Assembly (NCBI RefSeq): GCF_009914755.1 | Contig: NC_060945.1 | DNA from: the human T2T-CHM13v2.0 reference genome, Homo sapiens | DNA length: 64,000 bases | Direction: 5' to 3' (one strand) | Shown: positions 42,141 through 58,276 of the stretch, one piece after another | Layout: every line of letters begins with the position of its first letter | Numbering within the stretch: position 1 is the first letter of the stretch | Made by a program: the position numbers and the translations under genes | The notes under the pieces: model-generated | The model's input: only the letters and a program-made list of their open reading frames with translations | The model's database searches: none | Told to the model about the DNA's origin: nothing

Positions 42141-44289
42141 CAGATAATAGCAAAAAGGGAAGGAGGTTGCTCTTCTTGATAGGCTGTTCTGGGAAGGCCT
42201 CTCTGGGCTGATAATCAGCTCAGATCTGAAGAGAAATGAGCGGAAACCGCCTATGCAGAGGCAGGAAAGAGCTTCACGTGCCCTAGGAGTGGTTTGAAAG
42301 ACCAATAAGTTGGGGTTGGGGGGGCGAGTGTTATGAGATGAAGTTGGAGATGTAGGCAGTGGCCAGATCACACAGGGCTTTGTAGTTTAGATTTTAACGG
42401 CACTGCTGTTGGATGATTTCATTTACCTGATCCAAAAATACTTTCTATAAACTCTTGAGTGAGCCCATACAATATGAACTACAATGTGTAATAGAGGTTT
42501 TAAGATAAAGTTTTATTTAGTTACTGATGGTACTAATACATTTAGAATCTGCTTAAAAGAACAGATATTATCTCCCCCATCACTGACATTCTCAGTTTGT
42601 TTTATTTTTAAGAGAAATCACCAGACTACCCAAAAAAAGAAAATACACTTTCCTGGGAAGTCTGATAGAAAAAGGAATAAAGACCAAAATTCCTGACTTT
42701 GATTCTGTTAAGAATCTCCCCAAGAGATTTTGTTTAGTCTCACAGTTCCAGGTACCCCATATATGCTGGTGGTTTCTAAACCTAAATTGTTGTCCCAGCC
42801 CATTCCTACTTGCAGCTCGGATGTGCCTTGCTAGCCTGGCTTCTCTACCTGGCACCTCACACTCAGGATGCCAAAAAAAGTTCTGTTTTCTTTCCCCGAA
42901 ATCCTGTTCTCTGCTGCTGCTCCACTGCCACCTGTTTTCTTTTCTTTTGGTTGCTGGTTCCCACCAGCCATTCAGATTCCAGCCGGACACACGGGATTGT
43001 CCTGGACTCCTCTGAATTCCTCATCCTCTTCCCCTGGCCCACATCCAGTGGGAGGACCCCCGTCCTCCCTCGTTCACCTCCTGATGACATAAATTCTTGA
43101 CCGTGGGCTCTTTGTATCTCACCGAAACTTCTGCGCCCGCATATTCCCCAACTGGTCTCCTTAACTTCACTTGTGTCCCCAGGAATCTGTCCTCCACAGA
43201 CCAGCCCAGGGTCATCTTCCTAAAACAAATCTGATCCCACATCACCAATATTTTTTGAAATTCAGTGTCTGCAAGTCATGATCTGTCCTCAGGTGCTCTT
43301 CCTGCCTAAGCCCCGTGTAACTGCTTCATGTTCCGTCAACAGAATCGGTGATGGTTCTTGGTGTACAGCACACAATTTCTCACCTCTCTGCCTTTGCTTC
43401 TCCTGTTCACTCTGCAAAGAATCCCACACCTTCTTCACTGCCAGCATTCAGTTCAGTATCACTTCCTTCAAAAAGCCTCGCCTAGCATCTTGCCCTACTC
43501 CTCCAGGGTTCTAAAACATCCATTGTGTCTCTGTTGTAGCACTTAGCTACATTGCTTCTTAATTATCAATGTGTCATCCTTCTCCCGAAACACCGTAAGC
43601 TTCCATCTGTTTTCTTAGCCAGAAGTGGGAGTACATGCAACCGTAAAAGGTCTTGGCCTGTACAAGAGTGGAAGACCAGAGGCAATACTTACGGTGCTAA
43701 GACAGCCTAGACAGAGCCTTTTGCTCAAACCCTTTGGTGAGCCAGCCCAGGATTTGCAAATGCAGAGGTTATGCGGGGGCCTAAGACCAGTTTACACCAG
43801 TGCTCCAGAGTCCTGTCTGGTTAGTGCCTATCACACCCAGAGTGACTTGTCTTGTATATCTTGTTCACCACCACATTGCATGGAGTACAGTGGACCTTCA
43901 GAAAATAACTCCGCAGCATGAACGTCGTGGACAGTGATAATGGGACAAGAAAACACAAGGTCTCCACCACAGCTATGCCCCATCACAATTACAGCACAAG
44001 TTTGGAAATAACTTGGCCTGACATTCGACTCCCGATGACAGGCTCCAACTTTTCTGCATCTTGTCTTAGGCATCATAAAGGAAATGTGAGCTATCACTCT
44101 TCCTGAAACATGAGCTGTTCTGCAGCAACATCAATAGATAGCTTTGTCATTTTAAAAATAAATTGGAAATCTTTGTATTGCTTTAAGTAACAGTGTTGCG
44201 CTCTTGCTTTAACTGTTCAAGTTGGGTGCTCACAGTCATAAAATGATCACTCTCCATGGCTTTCATCCATAAGAGCTTATTTGTCCCAA

Positions 44290-44410
44290 TTCATTCATTC
44301 ATTCATATATTTAGCAAACATTTATGGAGTGCCAACTGTGTACTATTATGTACGCTATTCTTGGCACTGGGAATATAGCAGTGAACAAAACAGACCATCC
44401 CTGCCTATCT
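44290..44410. mobile_element. L2 3' end
   Basis: attcattcattcat...caaacatttatggagtgccaactgtg...gcagtgaacaaaacagac. Confidence 0.8.
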
Positions 44411-44799
44411 TATCAGTTCTGCAACTTTAAAAATATTGACTAAAATGGGGAGGCATCCCAAAATCAACCCAGTGACAATTTCATTTGTATCATTGCTTTC
44501 TTTTTGGCAGCATACAAAATAACAGTACATCTTATGGTTGATGCTATATTAGATTCAGTGTAGATGATGGAGGATATAAGTTTTTTTATAATGATGGGGT
44601 TAGGGTTCTCTCTATCCAAGAGTTATAATAAATAGAAGTTGTGGATGTTCTGACACTGGGGTGTGTTCAAGTTTAACACTTTACCCCCATCTAAAATGGC
44701 TTCTGGGCTCATTGCGTGGTGAGAGTGGCTGTTGGATTTGCTCATTTCAAAACTTACTAATATTTCACATGTCTACATGTCTCACTTTGATGTTTACCT

Positions 44800-45900
<1,101 letters not shown>

Positions 45901-46191
45901 GGGAACAAAATGTAAAATGTATTCCTAGGAATAGAAAGTGAGACAATTATTATTGTAATCTCTCACCAACTCAATAGTGCTTTGTTCTTACAGTGTTTCA
46001 CACGTCTTGGGCTTGACCCTAACAATAAATCTTTCATATAGTATAGGTGATAGAACTGAGGCCCAAAAGTCAGTTGACAGTTTTCTGATACTGGGCCCCT
46101 GTCAGCAGGAAGCTGGGGCCTGAGCCAAGGTTTGTTTCCGTGCTACTCTGTTGCCTCCTAGAAAAGAGACAATCAGAGTATCTTTTCTCAT

Positions 46192-46552
46192 TGTATTAGC
46201 CTGTTCTCACGCTGCTAATAAAGACACTCCGGAGACTGGGTAATTTATAAAGGAAATAGGTTTAATGGACTCACAGTTCCACATGGCTGGGGAGGCCTCA
46301 CAATCATGGCAGACAGCAAAGGAGAAACAAAGCAAAGGCAGGTCATCCATGGCGGCAGGCAAGCGGGTATGTGCAGGAGAGCTCCCCTTTATAAAACCGT
46401 TAGATCTCATGAGACTTATTCAGTCTCACGAGAACAGCATGAGAAAAACCCGTCCCCGTGATTCAGTTACCTCCCACTGGGTCCCTCCCACCACGTGGGG
46501 ATTATTACAATTCAAGGTGAGATTTGGGTGGGGACACAGCCAACCCATATTA
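46192..46552 (-). mobile_element. THE1-family MaLR solo LTR
   Basis: Reverse complement begins taatatgggttggctgtgtccccacccaaatctcac and ends ctaataca; 5-bp TSD ctcat/ctcac (46187-46191, 46553-46557). Confidence 0.9.
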
Positions 46553-47074
46553 CTCACCCAGCCCACTTTGCTGCCCACTGTCCAGGGTCTGTTGTCACTC
46601 CGTCAGAATCTACTGTTTTCCATTATGAACGCCTCTGTAGCACATCATACTGTGCCTTTGCCTGTTACAGGTGTGGGCTATCCATAGCAGATGCTAGGCA
46701 GACCACATTATCACTTACTGTTGGCTTGACCCAATGGTATACTTACAAAACCATCTGGAAATAAATATGCTGTTTTTAAGTGAGAAAGACCAGAATACAG
46801 AATATTATGCCATTTAGGTCACACACACAACTGTGCTTTTCTGCACTACCTGTAACTGTTCTGTAAATAAATGCCCAGGAAAGATCTGGAAAGATACACA
46901 TCAGACAGGTTGCATCAGTCCCTCTGGTTCAGAGCCTGGGATTCAGGAGGCAGGGAGCAAGACAAGCTTGTGATTATATCACTTTGATGGTGGTAAGGTT
47001 CTTTGCAATAAACGTGTTTTTATTAGTTAGGACTCTTTCAGTTGCAACTTGACAGAACATCTACGCCATGCTAG

Positions 47075-47457
47075 TTTTATTTTATTTTATTTATTTGTTT
47101 ATTTTTTGAGATGGAGTCTTGCTCTGTCGCTCAGGCTGGAGTGCAGTGGTGCGATCTTGGCTCACTGAAACCTCCGCCTCCTGGGTTCCAGCGGAACCCT
47201 TGGTGCCATTCTCAGGATTAAATGAGCGCGCACTCCTAGTTCCTGTGGGATCTGACTGTTAAAGAGCCTGGCACCTTCCTCCTCCCTTGCTATGTGACAT
47301 GACAACTCCCCTTCCCCTCCAGCCAAGATGGGACACTCCCTGAGGTCCTCACCAGAAGCAGATGCTGGAGCCATGCTTGTACAGCCTGCAGAGCCTCGAG
47401 CCAAATAAACCTCTTAGCGTCAGGTGTTCCTTTATAGCAGCGCAACAGACTAAGACA
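47075..47457. mobile_element. Truncated antisense Alu (47075-47192) fused to an MST LTR 3' half (~47200-47457)
   Basis: tgaggtcctcaccagaagcagatgctggagccatgcttgtacagcctgcag...cagactaagaca. Confidence 0.8.
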
Positions 47458-47976
47458 GTGATGCAACTGGAAGTGCAGGAGCATTAACCAGCTTAAACCC
47501 AAAGAGAGGATTTGAAGGACCCAGGTTACTGCATGGGGTCAGGCTCAGGGCACTCCTTGTCCTTGCTGGGCAGCTACATTGGGATTTCCCTCCAAGGCTC
47601 TCCACCTTCAAGCAGGGTGTGGAGGGACTCTGTGGTCTGGGTGGGGCTTACCCCACGTGGAGAGGCGGCGGCTTCTGCCAATTCAGCAGAATTCCCTTGG
47701 CCACAGGACAGGTTCAAGAAAAGCCAAGTGACCCTCTGCAGGTAAAAATCTTCTTGCTCAGTCCTTAGGAGTTTCTAGCTCTCTCCTTACTGGACTTGAA
47801 GAGAACACACAGTTTGTACCTGCTCCCAGCCACCTTGTAACACAGGTGGAGCCTGTCTGAGAATGGAGACAATCTTTGGGGCAGCAGAGGTTGCAGTGGA
47901 GAAAAACAAGGTGCTGGCACCAGCAGTTGAGCTCCTGCACAAAGTTGTGCTTCACTTTCCCCCTTAAAACTAGCAT

Positions 47977-50211
<2,235 letters not shown>

Positions 50212-50588
50212 CTTTTTGTCACTTTTTAAGCATCTTTTGGAGTATTAAGATCACATTGATTCTAAATATTTGTTTGCATTCATCTAGTTTATAGCACTTT
50301 GTTGCTCCAAAAGATTTCTCCTAGGATCTCCTAGTAAAATCCTAATAAAGACCATTTGTAACACACATCAAGACTTGAGGATTCTGTTTGTGTTCTAATT
50401 TCATGTATCCATAGGCTCGGAAACTCCAAGACTGTACACCTACCTTATCATTTTGTGATTCTTTATGTCAGTCAGCAAATACTTTATGACACCTGGGGTC
50501 TACTCAGGAGATTTAAGGCTGAACGAGACTGGTCACTCAATCATAGATCATGAAGGCAGAGGTAGAGCCCTGAGTAGCTAGAGTCAGA

Positions 50589-50817
50589 ACAAAGCCAACC
50601 CTGGTGATGCTGCAGTAAATGATCACCGTTACAGGGAGGGTGATTGACAAAGCCAACCTGGTGATGCCACAGTAAATGATCACCGTTGCAGGGAGGGTGA
50701 TTGACAAAGCCAACCTGGTGATGCCACAGTAAATGATCACCGTTGCAGGGAGGGTGATTGACAAAGCCAACCTGGTGATGCCACAGTAAATGATCACCGT
50801 TACAGGGAGGGTGACTG
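50589..50817. repeat. 57-bp tandem repeat (VNTR), 4 copies, in RRP1B intron 1
   Basis: Unit acaaagccaacctggtgatgccacagtaaatgatcaccgttrcagggagggtgattg at 50589, 50647, 50704 and 50761. Confidence 0.96.
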
Positions 50818-51426
50818 GGAGGCAGCCACTTTTGACCTTATACTAGGATCCTTAAAAGGTAATTTTTGCAAAAATATTCCAAAGCAGCGTCAGTGTCCCC
50901 AGGCCCTTTCCTAGGCCTTTGACTTTCAGATGTACTGTTTGGAGCTCCTGTGTCCTCAGCCTGGCTGGTTTTCTGTTCCTCGGAAGTGGGGCTGCCCGTT
51001 GCTGGGGCTTCATATGACTTGAGCAGGTCCCCCGCATCTCTTGTAAGATTTGCAGTTTTACTTCACAAGACCAGCGAAAATGTCAGTGTGCAGGATGGCT
51101 GCACGTGGTGGGCGGGGAGGGCGTTGATGAGGAGCCGATTTCATAAGTGGCCACTTTGTTCATGAATTTTGTGTTGTGATGACATTTGCTTCCTCACGCT
51201 GAGGCCGGGCCACCACTGCCACCCTACCCTGTAGCTGATAAAGCTGCAGGTACAGTAGTAATTTATTTGTGTTTCTTTTATAACAATAAGGAAATGTTTG
51301 CTTCAATTTTTTAAAAAGACGTGCAAACGAAAGAGAATTAAAATGTATGTGATACTTCACCACTTTCTAAACTTGAAGAAAAGAGATGCATAGACTCTAA
51401 GATGTTTGTATTGTTTTGCCTTCCAG

Positions 51427-51509
51427 GAGGTTTCAGTCAGGAAGAACTTCTGAAAATCTGGAAGGGGCTCTTCTACTGCATGTGGGTGCAGGATGAACCC
51501 CTTCTACAG
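51427..51509 (+). CDS. RRP1B: RRP1B exon 2, [27 protein letters not shown]
   Basis: ttccag| and |GTAACA, 83 nt; Nop52-family motif [11 protein letters not shown]. Confidence 0.97.
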
Positions 51510-52128
51510 GTAACATGCGTTCCCTTTGTCATGCTCCCGGGTTCTTGCTGTGGATGGATAAGAGACTTGATCACTCATGCTGTGCCAGTCCCCCGATACA
51601 CTGACGCACACTGACAGTCATGCTTCAAGGAGTCATTTTCGTACCTCTTGTCCATACAGAAAGGGATGCAGGGTCAACACAGTTAGGTGAATTGTCTTTT
51701 CAAATAAAAGGAAAGATGTGCATTCGTTGTCAATTTACTATTTCTCTGTAAAATTTCATAGGTTCCATGCTAGGTTTTACATTACTTAAAGTTTCTCTCT
51801 TCTGGTAAGTTTATTTTTTGTGGTCAAGGATGGCATGACAGGAGCACTAACTAGTCAAGACCCTGTGAAACCCAGGAGAGGGCAGCCGCGTCACTGGGCT
51901 TCGGGTTCCATGGAGAGCAGCAGTAGCGCTCAGCGAAAGCCTCCCTGTTAAAGCCGAGTGCGCCTGCGCAGTCACCCAAACGCGCAGCAGGCTCGGTCTC
52001 TCTGTGCGGGGCCTGCTGAGCCCGCTAAGCCCACCACCAAAGCCAACACTAAAGATGTGACTTTCACTTTTTAAAAGCTTTGTTCTGACCCATGAAAGTA
52101 GATCCGATCTGCCTCTGTAGAGGGAGAG

Positions 52129-52328
52129 CAGGCTTGTCCAACCCACAGCCACATGTGGCCCAGGATGGCTTTGAATGCAGCCCAACACAAATTCGGAAAC
52201 TTTCTTAGGACCTTATGAGATTTTTTTTTTTAAGCTCTTCACTATTACTAGTGTTAGTGTATACTGTGTGTGGCCCAAGACAGTTCTTCCAGTGTGACCC
52301 AGGGAAGGCAAAAGACTGGACACCCCTG
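52129..52328. mobile_element. MER30 (hAT-Charlie)
   Basis: TIRs caggcttgtccaa and ctggacacccctg; 8-bp TSD agggagag/aggtagag. Confidence 0.85.
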
Positions 52329-52909
52329 AGGTAGAGGAACCAGCCTTGAGAAGTGCTTGCAAGTCTCTGATGCAGATGACAGGTCCTCAGGGCAAGATTT
52401 TACTTTTCTGGGTTTTAATGTGCAGCCTTGCCACTTCTCCCGTGCTGCGTAATAACTTGTTTTAATTTATTTTTATTTTACTGAACATATTTTGAGTAGG
52501 AGCAGGGCAAAATATTTTTATATTACATTCAAAAGTAACAACCAACAGCTTTAGTGGAGGAAGAAAACCAATGGACAGAAATCTCATTTTCCCACGAAGG
52601 AAAACAGACCGGGTGTGGTGTGAGTCAGACTGATGAGGAGTGTGCTTTTCTCACGGAACCTCAGAAGAGAGGGCGTCTCCCCAGAGTGAGCCTGCTGCAC
52701 CTCAGCAGGGCATGCTCTCTCAGGGACCCCTTCACCCAGGACAGAGCCCAGAAGGCTGAGTTTACCTTCACATTCCACCTTGTCTCTGAGCAAGCTGTAG
52801 GGAGGACTTTCCCATGGCGTGCAGTGAGCATCCCCAGCATCTCACCTCTGTGAGGTCTGCCCTGCTGTCTTTGTGTTTCACATCATTTCTGGGATTATGA
52901 TGAAGTTTT

Positions 52910-53529
52910 CTTTTTTTTTTTTTTTTTTTACAGAGTTTCACTCTGTTGCCCAGGCTGAAGTGCAGGGGTGCCATCATGGCTCACTACAGCCCCAACCTCC
53001 CTATTGCTCAGCTGATCCTCCTGCCTCAGCCACCCGAGTAGCTGGGACTACAGGTGCACGCCTCCATGCCTGGCTAATTTTTGTATTTTTTGTAGGGACT
53101 GGGTCTCATTGTGTTGCCTAGGCTGGCGTTGAACTCCTGGACTCGAGCGATCCACCCGCCTCGGCCTCCCAAAGTGCTCGGGCTCCCATTACAGGCATGA
53201 GCTGCCCAGCCCAGCTTAGATGGGGGTTTTTTGGTTGTTGTTGTTGTTTTGAGATGGAGTCTAGCTCTGTCACCCAGGCTGGAGTGCAATGGCATGATCT
53301 TGGCTCACTGCACCCTCTACCTCCGAGTTCAAGCAATTCTGTCTCAGCCTCTCGAGTAGCTGGAACTACAGGCACACGCCACCACGCCTGACTAATTTTT
53401 GAATTTTTAGTAGAGATGTGGGGAGTGCCATCTTGGTCAGGCTGGTCTTGAACTCCTGACCTCAGGTGATCCACCTGCCTCGGCCTCCCAAAGTGCTAGG
53501 ATTACAGGCATGAGCCACTGCACGTGGCC
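52910..53529 (-). mobile_element. Two tandem antisense Alus (AluJ 52910-53215, AluS 53226-53529)
   Basis: Alu consensus blocks. Confidence 0.88.
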
Positions 53530-53850
53530 AGATATAGTTATAAAGCCAGGAACTGATAACTAATTTATTTCATCTCTAGTTCATCTGAACTGATAATTAG
53601 AGATGCTTTTTTAAACATGTAGCTTAACACAGTTCTTGCAGACATACCAAGTTAGCATAATAGTCCGTCAATATTGGAACTTACACATTTGATAAAATTC
53701 AGATATTCGGATACATACTTCTTAGTGGAAGTGACAAGAGGGGCAGACCTTCCCACGAGCGGAAGTGGGAGAAGGAAGCAGGCCGCGGCACAGGCATCTC
53801 ATGTTGCCCCACGATAACCCCCATGTTTCTCCCCAACCCCGCCTCTGCAG

Positions 53851-53908
53851 GAAGAGCTCGCCAACACCATTGCACAGCTAGTCCATGCTGTTAACAACTC
53901 AGCGGCTC
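53851..53908 (+). CDS. RRP1B: RRP1B exon 3, EELANTIAQLVHAVNNSAA(Q)
   Basis: ctctgcag| and |GTAAGT, 58 nt, phase consistent. Confidence 0.95.
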
Positions 53909-54875
53909 GTAAGTCCTGTTGTTTCTTCTCCTTCCTTCCAAGTTTTCCGACTTGCTAGTTTAATGGGAACCTTGTGCCGGTATTGTGTAGATGTCAGGGG
54001 ACAAGCCATTCCTGTTTTTAAAAGCTGTGATAAACTTAGTCATTGACTTGGTGAGAGGGCACAGTGTCTTGGGGAGAATCAATTTGACATCTCAAAGATT
54101 TCAGAAAATGCTTTTAGAAATAACAATCCTCCAGAATCTTCAAATTCTGAGTTACTTTAACACTTGGAGCCTGGAGAGCCAGATGCAGGGTCCACGGTGA
54201 CCTCTGGATGCCAGGTTCGTCTTCCCCAAGAGCAGAGCCGTCACTGGTAATAAATACATAGAAGACACCACCGGTCACAGACTATGAAGTAACTCCTCTC
54301 AACCATAGAGAAAAAAAATTAGTTAGGGTGCTTCTGTGTCAGGCGTTGATTGCTTATAAAGGAAGAAAAAGGTAGCCGACTTCGTTTGTTCTGCTTAATG
54401 CTCTTCAGAAAAGCATCCTAATGATTTCAACCACCCCCAGTGGTGCTCTGAATATTAGCTGACTCATATTGAACAAAATTCTACATATGATGTATAATAG
54501 ATTTACAAAGATGAAAAAAGAATTGTGCAAAAAGAAATAAAGCCAAAAAATCAACAAAAATTGTTTTTGAATAAAAAAGTGCTAGTTCTGTGGGTCAGAA
54601 GAGAAAAATTCAGTGTTTTGTACCGTAGCTCACCCAGATGCCACCTATAATCAGACAAAAATATGAGTTTCTATATGGATTATATAAGTGTCAGAATTAA
54701 TGGTTTTGAACTGATTGTGAGGTACCAGTGCAGTAGGAAGAGTTACTAGAAGTGGAACAAGGAGTCTTGATTTTAAAAGAAACGTGGCTTTGCAGTGGAT
54801 AAAGGAAAAATGCTCCAGAGAGCGCTCAAATCTGACATTGCAATGTTGCCAGCCCTTCCGGTTATTCTGTTTTTA

Positions 54876-55998
<1,123 letters not shown>

Positions 55999-56126
55999 TA
56001 TGAATATGTTTTTTGATCTAGAAGGTAAATATGACTGTTGTGAATATTTTTTTACTTTTGGGATCCAGGCCATAACAATTTCATTGGTCCCTTCATTCTG
56101 CTGAGCTGATTAATATTTCTTACCTT

Positions 56127-56129
<3 letters not shown>

Positions 56130-56156
<27 letters not shown>
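56130..56156 (+). repeat. T27 mononucleotide run upstream of the RRP1B exon 5 acceptor
   Basis: 27 consecutive T ending 23 nt before the exon. Confidence 0.95.
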
Positions 56157-56160
<4 letters not shown>

Positions 56161-56179
56161 AAAAATTGCCTTTCTTTAG

Positions 56180-56241
56180 CTGATTCGTCTGGTCCTGAGG
56201 CAGTCCTTTGAAGTCTTGAAGCGAAATGGCTGGGAAGAAAG
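56180..56241 (+). CDS. RRP1B: RRP1B exon 5, LIRLVLRQSFEVLKRNGWEE(S)
   Basis: tttctttag| and |GTCAGT, 62 nt, phase consistent. Confidence 0.95.
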
Positions 56242-56577
56242 GTCAGTAAACCATTTGAGTTAGCATGTGGTAGCCTTAAAACTTAAAAGGTAGTAGAGTG
56301 TCAAGTTTTCTGAACTTGTAGAGTACCAATGAGAAGCTCGATACATCGTTACCTATAGAGAATTGAAATCCAGTAGAAGGCATAAAACAGTTAAGTATAT
56401 ATGACAGTTAACATTTTATCCTGATTTAAGTGATTGCTTTTTTCCTTGTAAAATGATTTCAGCCTTGCATTGATTGTTAGGCTGTGTAGGTTCTAGACGG
56501 AGTATTTTTGTTTCTCTTTGGGAAGTGGGACGTGTTGGCATACTGTCATTCACAGAAGCATGCGTTTGGTTCTTTAG

Positions 56578-56707
56578 CCGAATCAAGGTTTTCTTGGATG
56601 TCCTGATGAAGGAGGTCCTGTGTCCTGAGAGTCAGTCTCCTAATGGAGTGAGATTCCACTTCATTGATATTTACCTGGATGAACTCTCCAAAGTCGGGGG
56701 GAAGGAG
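56578..56707 (+). CDS. RRP1B: RRP1B exon 6, RIKVFLDVLMKEVLCPESQSPNGVRFHFIDIYLDELSKVGGKE
   Basis: ttctttag| and |GTAAGC, 130 nt; within ORF 56474..56815. Confidence 0.96.
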
Positions 56708-57280
56708 GTAAGCAGCTGCCGACAGGCTGCCCACGGGGTGAGGGGGCCGCCAGTGTTCGCAGTAGTCGCCAGTGAAGTGCTGTGGGGTGGCCCTTCGCAT
56801 GACCAGCGACTGTAGCAGCGTGAATTGCTTCAGTCCTGTCTGGGAATGTGTCCTAAGCAGCTGGTGGGATGGGATTTGTGCACTGAGGATGTACATGACA
56901 GTCTTACCTGTAAAACGGAATTGAAAGCAACCTACAGACTCCACTAAAGAACTCACTAACACGGGGGAGTACTCAGGATCTAGGGAGCTTTATAAAGCGC
57001 TAGGAAAAGCTATGCAAATGGTAGACATTTTTAAGGTATATACTCATAAATAGACAAAAGGCTGGAAAGGAAACATACATTTTTTAGTATGCAAATGATT
57101 CTCTGAATGTGGGAATGTGCACAGATTTTACTTTTCTTTCACAGGTGTTTTGCAGGGAACATGTATTTTTTTGATTAAAAGAAAATATGTTATATTCAAA
57201 ACAATAATTCTTTTGTCTCACACTTGGAGGCACTGTCCCTGTTACCCCTCTTGTAGAGGAAGTATATGTATGTCCTGTAT

Positions 57281-57543
57281 CAGGTTTGTCCAGCCCGCAG
57301 CCTGAGAGCTGCATGGGGCCCAGGGCAGCTTTGAATGTGGCCCAACACAAATTTATAAACTTTCTTAAAATATGAGGGGTATTTTGCATTTTATTTTATT
57401 TTATTTTATTTTATTTTATTTTATTTTATTTTATTTTATTTTTAGCTCATCAGCTGTTGTTAGTGTTTGTGTATTTTAGGTGTGCCCCAAGACAGTTATT
57501 CTTCCATTATGGCTTGGGGAAGTCACAAGATTGGACACCCGTG
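57281..57543. mobile_element. MER30 with internal (TTTTA)n expansion (~57389-57444)
   Basis: caggtttgtccagcccgcagcc...gattggacacccgtg; homologous to 52129-52328. Confidence 0.85.
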
Positions 57544-57815
57544 TTGTATATGTTGGGCATATAGGATAGTGCAGGTCAGGCTGGGTGGCTTTCTCCAGCC
57601 ACTGCACTAAGATACCAAGTAGCTGGAGGGCGGCCTCAGTCTTCAGCCTGGCTCCAGGCTTCTGTGGCATTCCACAGGGGCGCTTTGGGGCTGTGTGAGA
57701 CAGGCATTGCTTGGTCTAACTCCACCTTTGTAAAAGATGGGAATGGTCCCTTTTTCAAGGACATGTCAAGAAGGGAAAGGCTCTTTCTCAATTTTTCCCT
57801 TTTTCTAAATTACAG

Positions 57816-57880
57816 CTTTTAGCAGATCAGAATCTCAAGTTTATCGATCCATTCTGCAAAATTGCTGCGAAGACGAAGGA
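57816..57880 (+). CDS. RRP1B: RRP1B exon 7, LLADQNLKFIDPFCKIAAKTK(D)
   Basis: Pyrimidine tract plus tacag| and |GTAAGT, 65 nt, phase consistent. Confidence 0.95.
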
Positions 57881-58276
57881 GTAAGTGATTCCCCTGTTCG
57901 TTCCTCCTGCTCCGTGGCATTTGCTCATGGGAGTTACTTGCCGTCGTGCAGCCTGGCACAGGGTACCCAGGACACTGCTTCACAGCAGAGAGCGGCTGGA
58001 GAAGACAGCCGAAGCTTTGAGCAGTGATTTGGCTCTTCTAGCTTCAGTATTTGCCTCACTCATTCCAGGAATGCCCTCCCACACCCAAAGATCTGACCGC
58101 TGGGCGTCCCGTGCCTGTCGGGTGGCACTTAGGCAGTTCCTCTCAGATGCTTGCTGGCCCGTGGGGGCCACTCCAGACCACAGCAACGTGTGCAGGGCTT
58201 CCCTCTGTGCCCCTGAAGCCAGAAGGCCAGGCCGTTTGTTCTCATCACATGCTCTCCGCTGTGCTTCTACCCTCAG

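Noticed and set aside
50537-50797. 86-aa ORF with a 19-aa repeat
   Set aside because: Consequence of a 57-bp (3n) repeat unit; no convincing ATG context or splice support.
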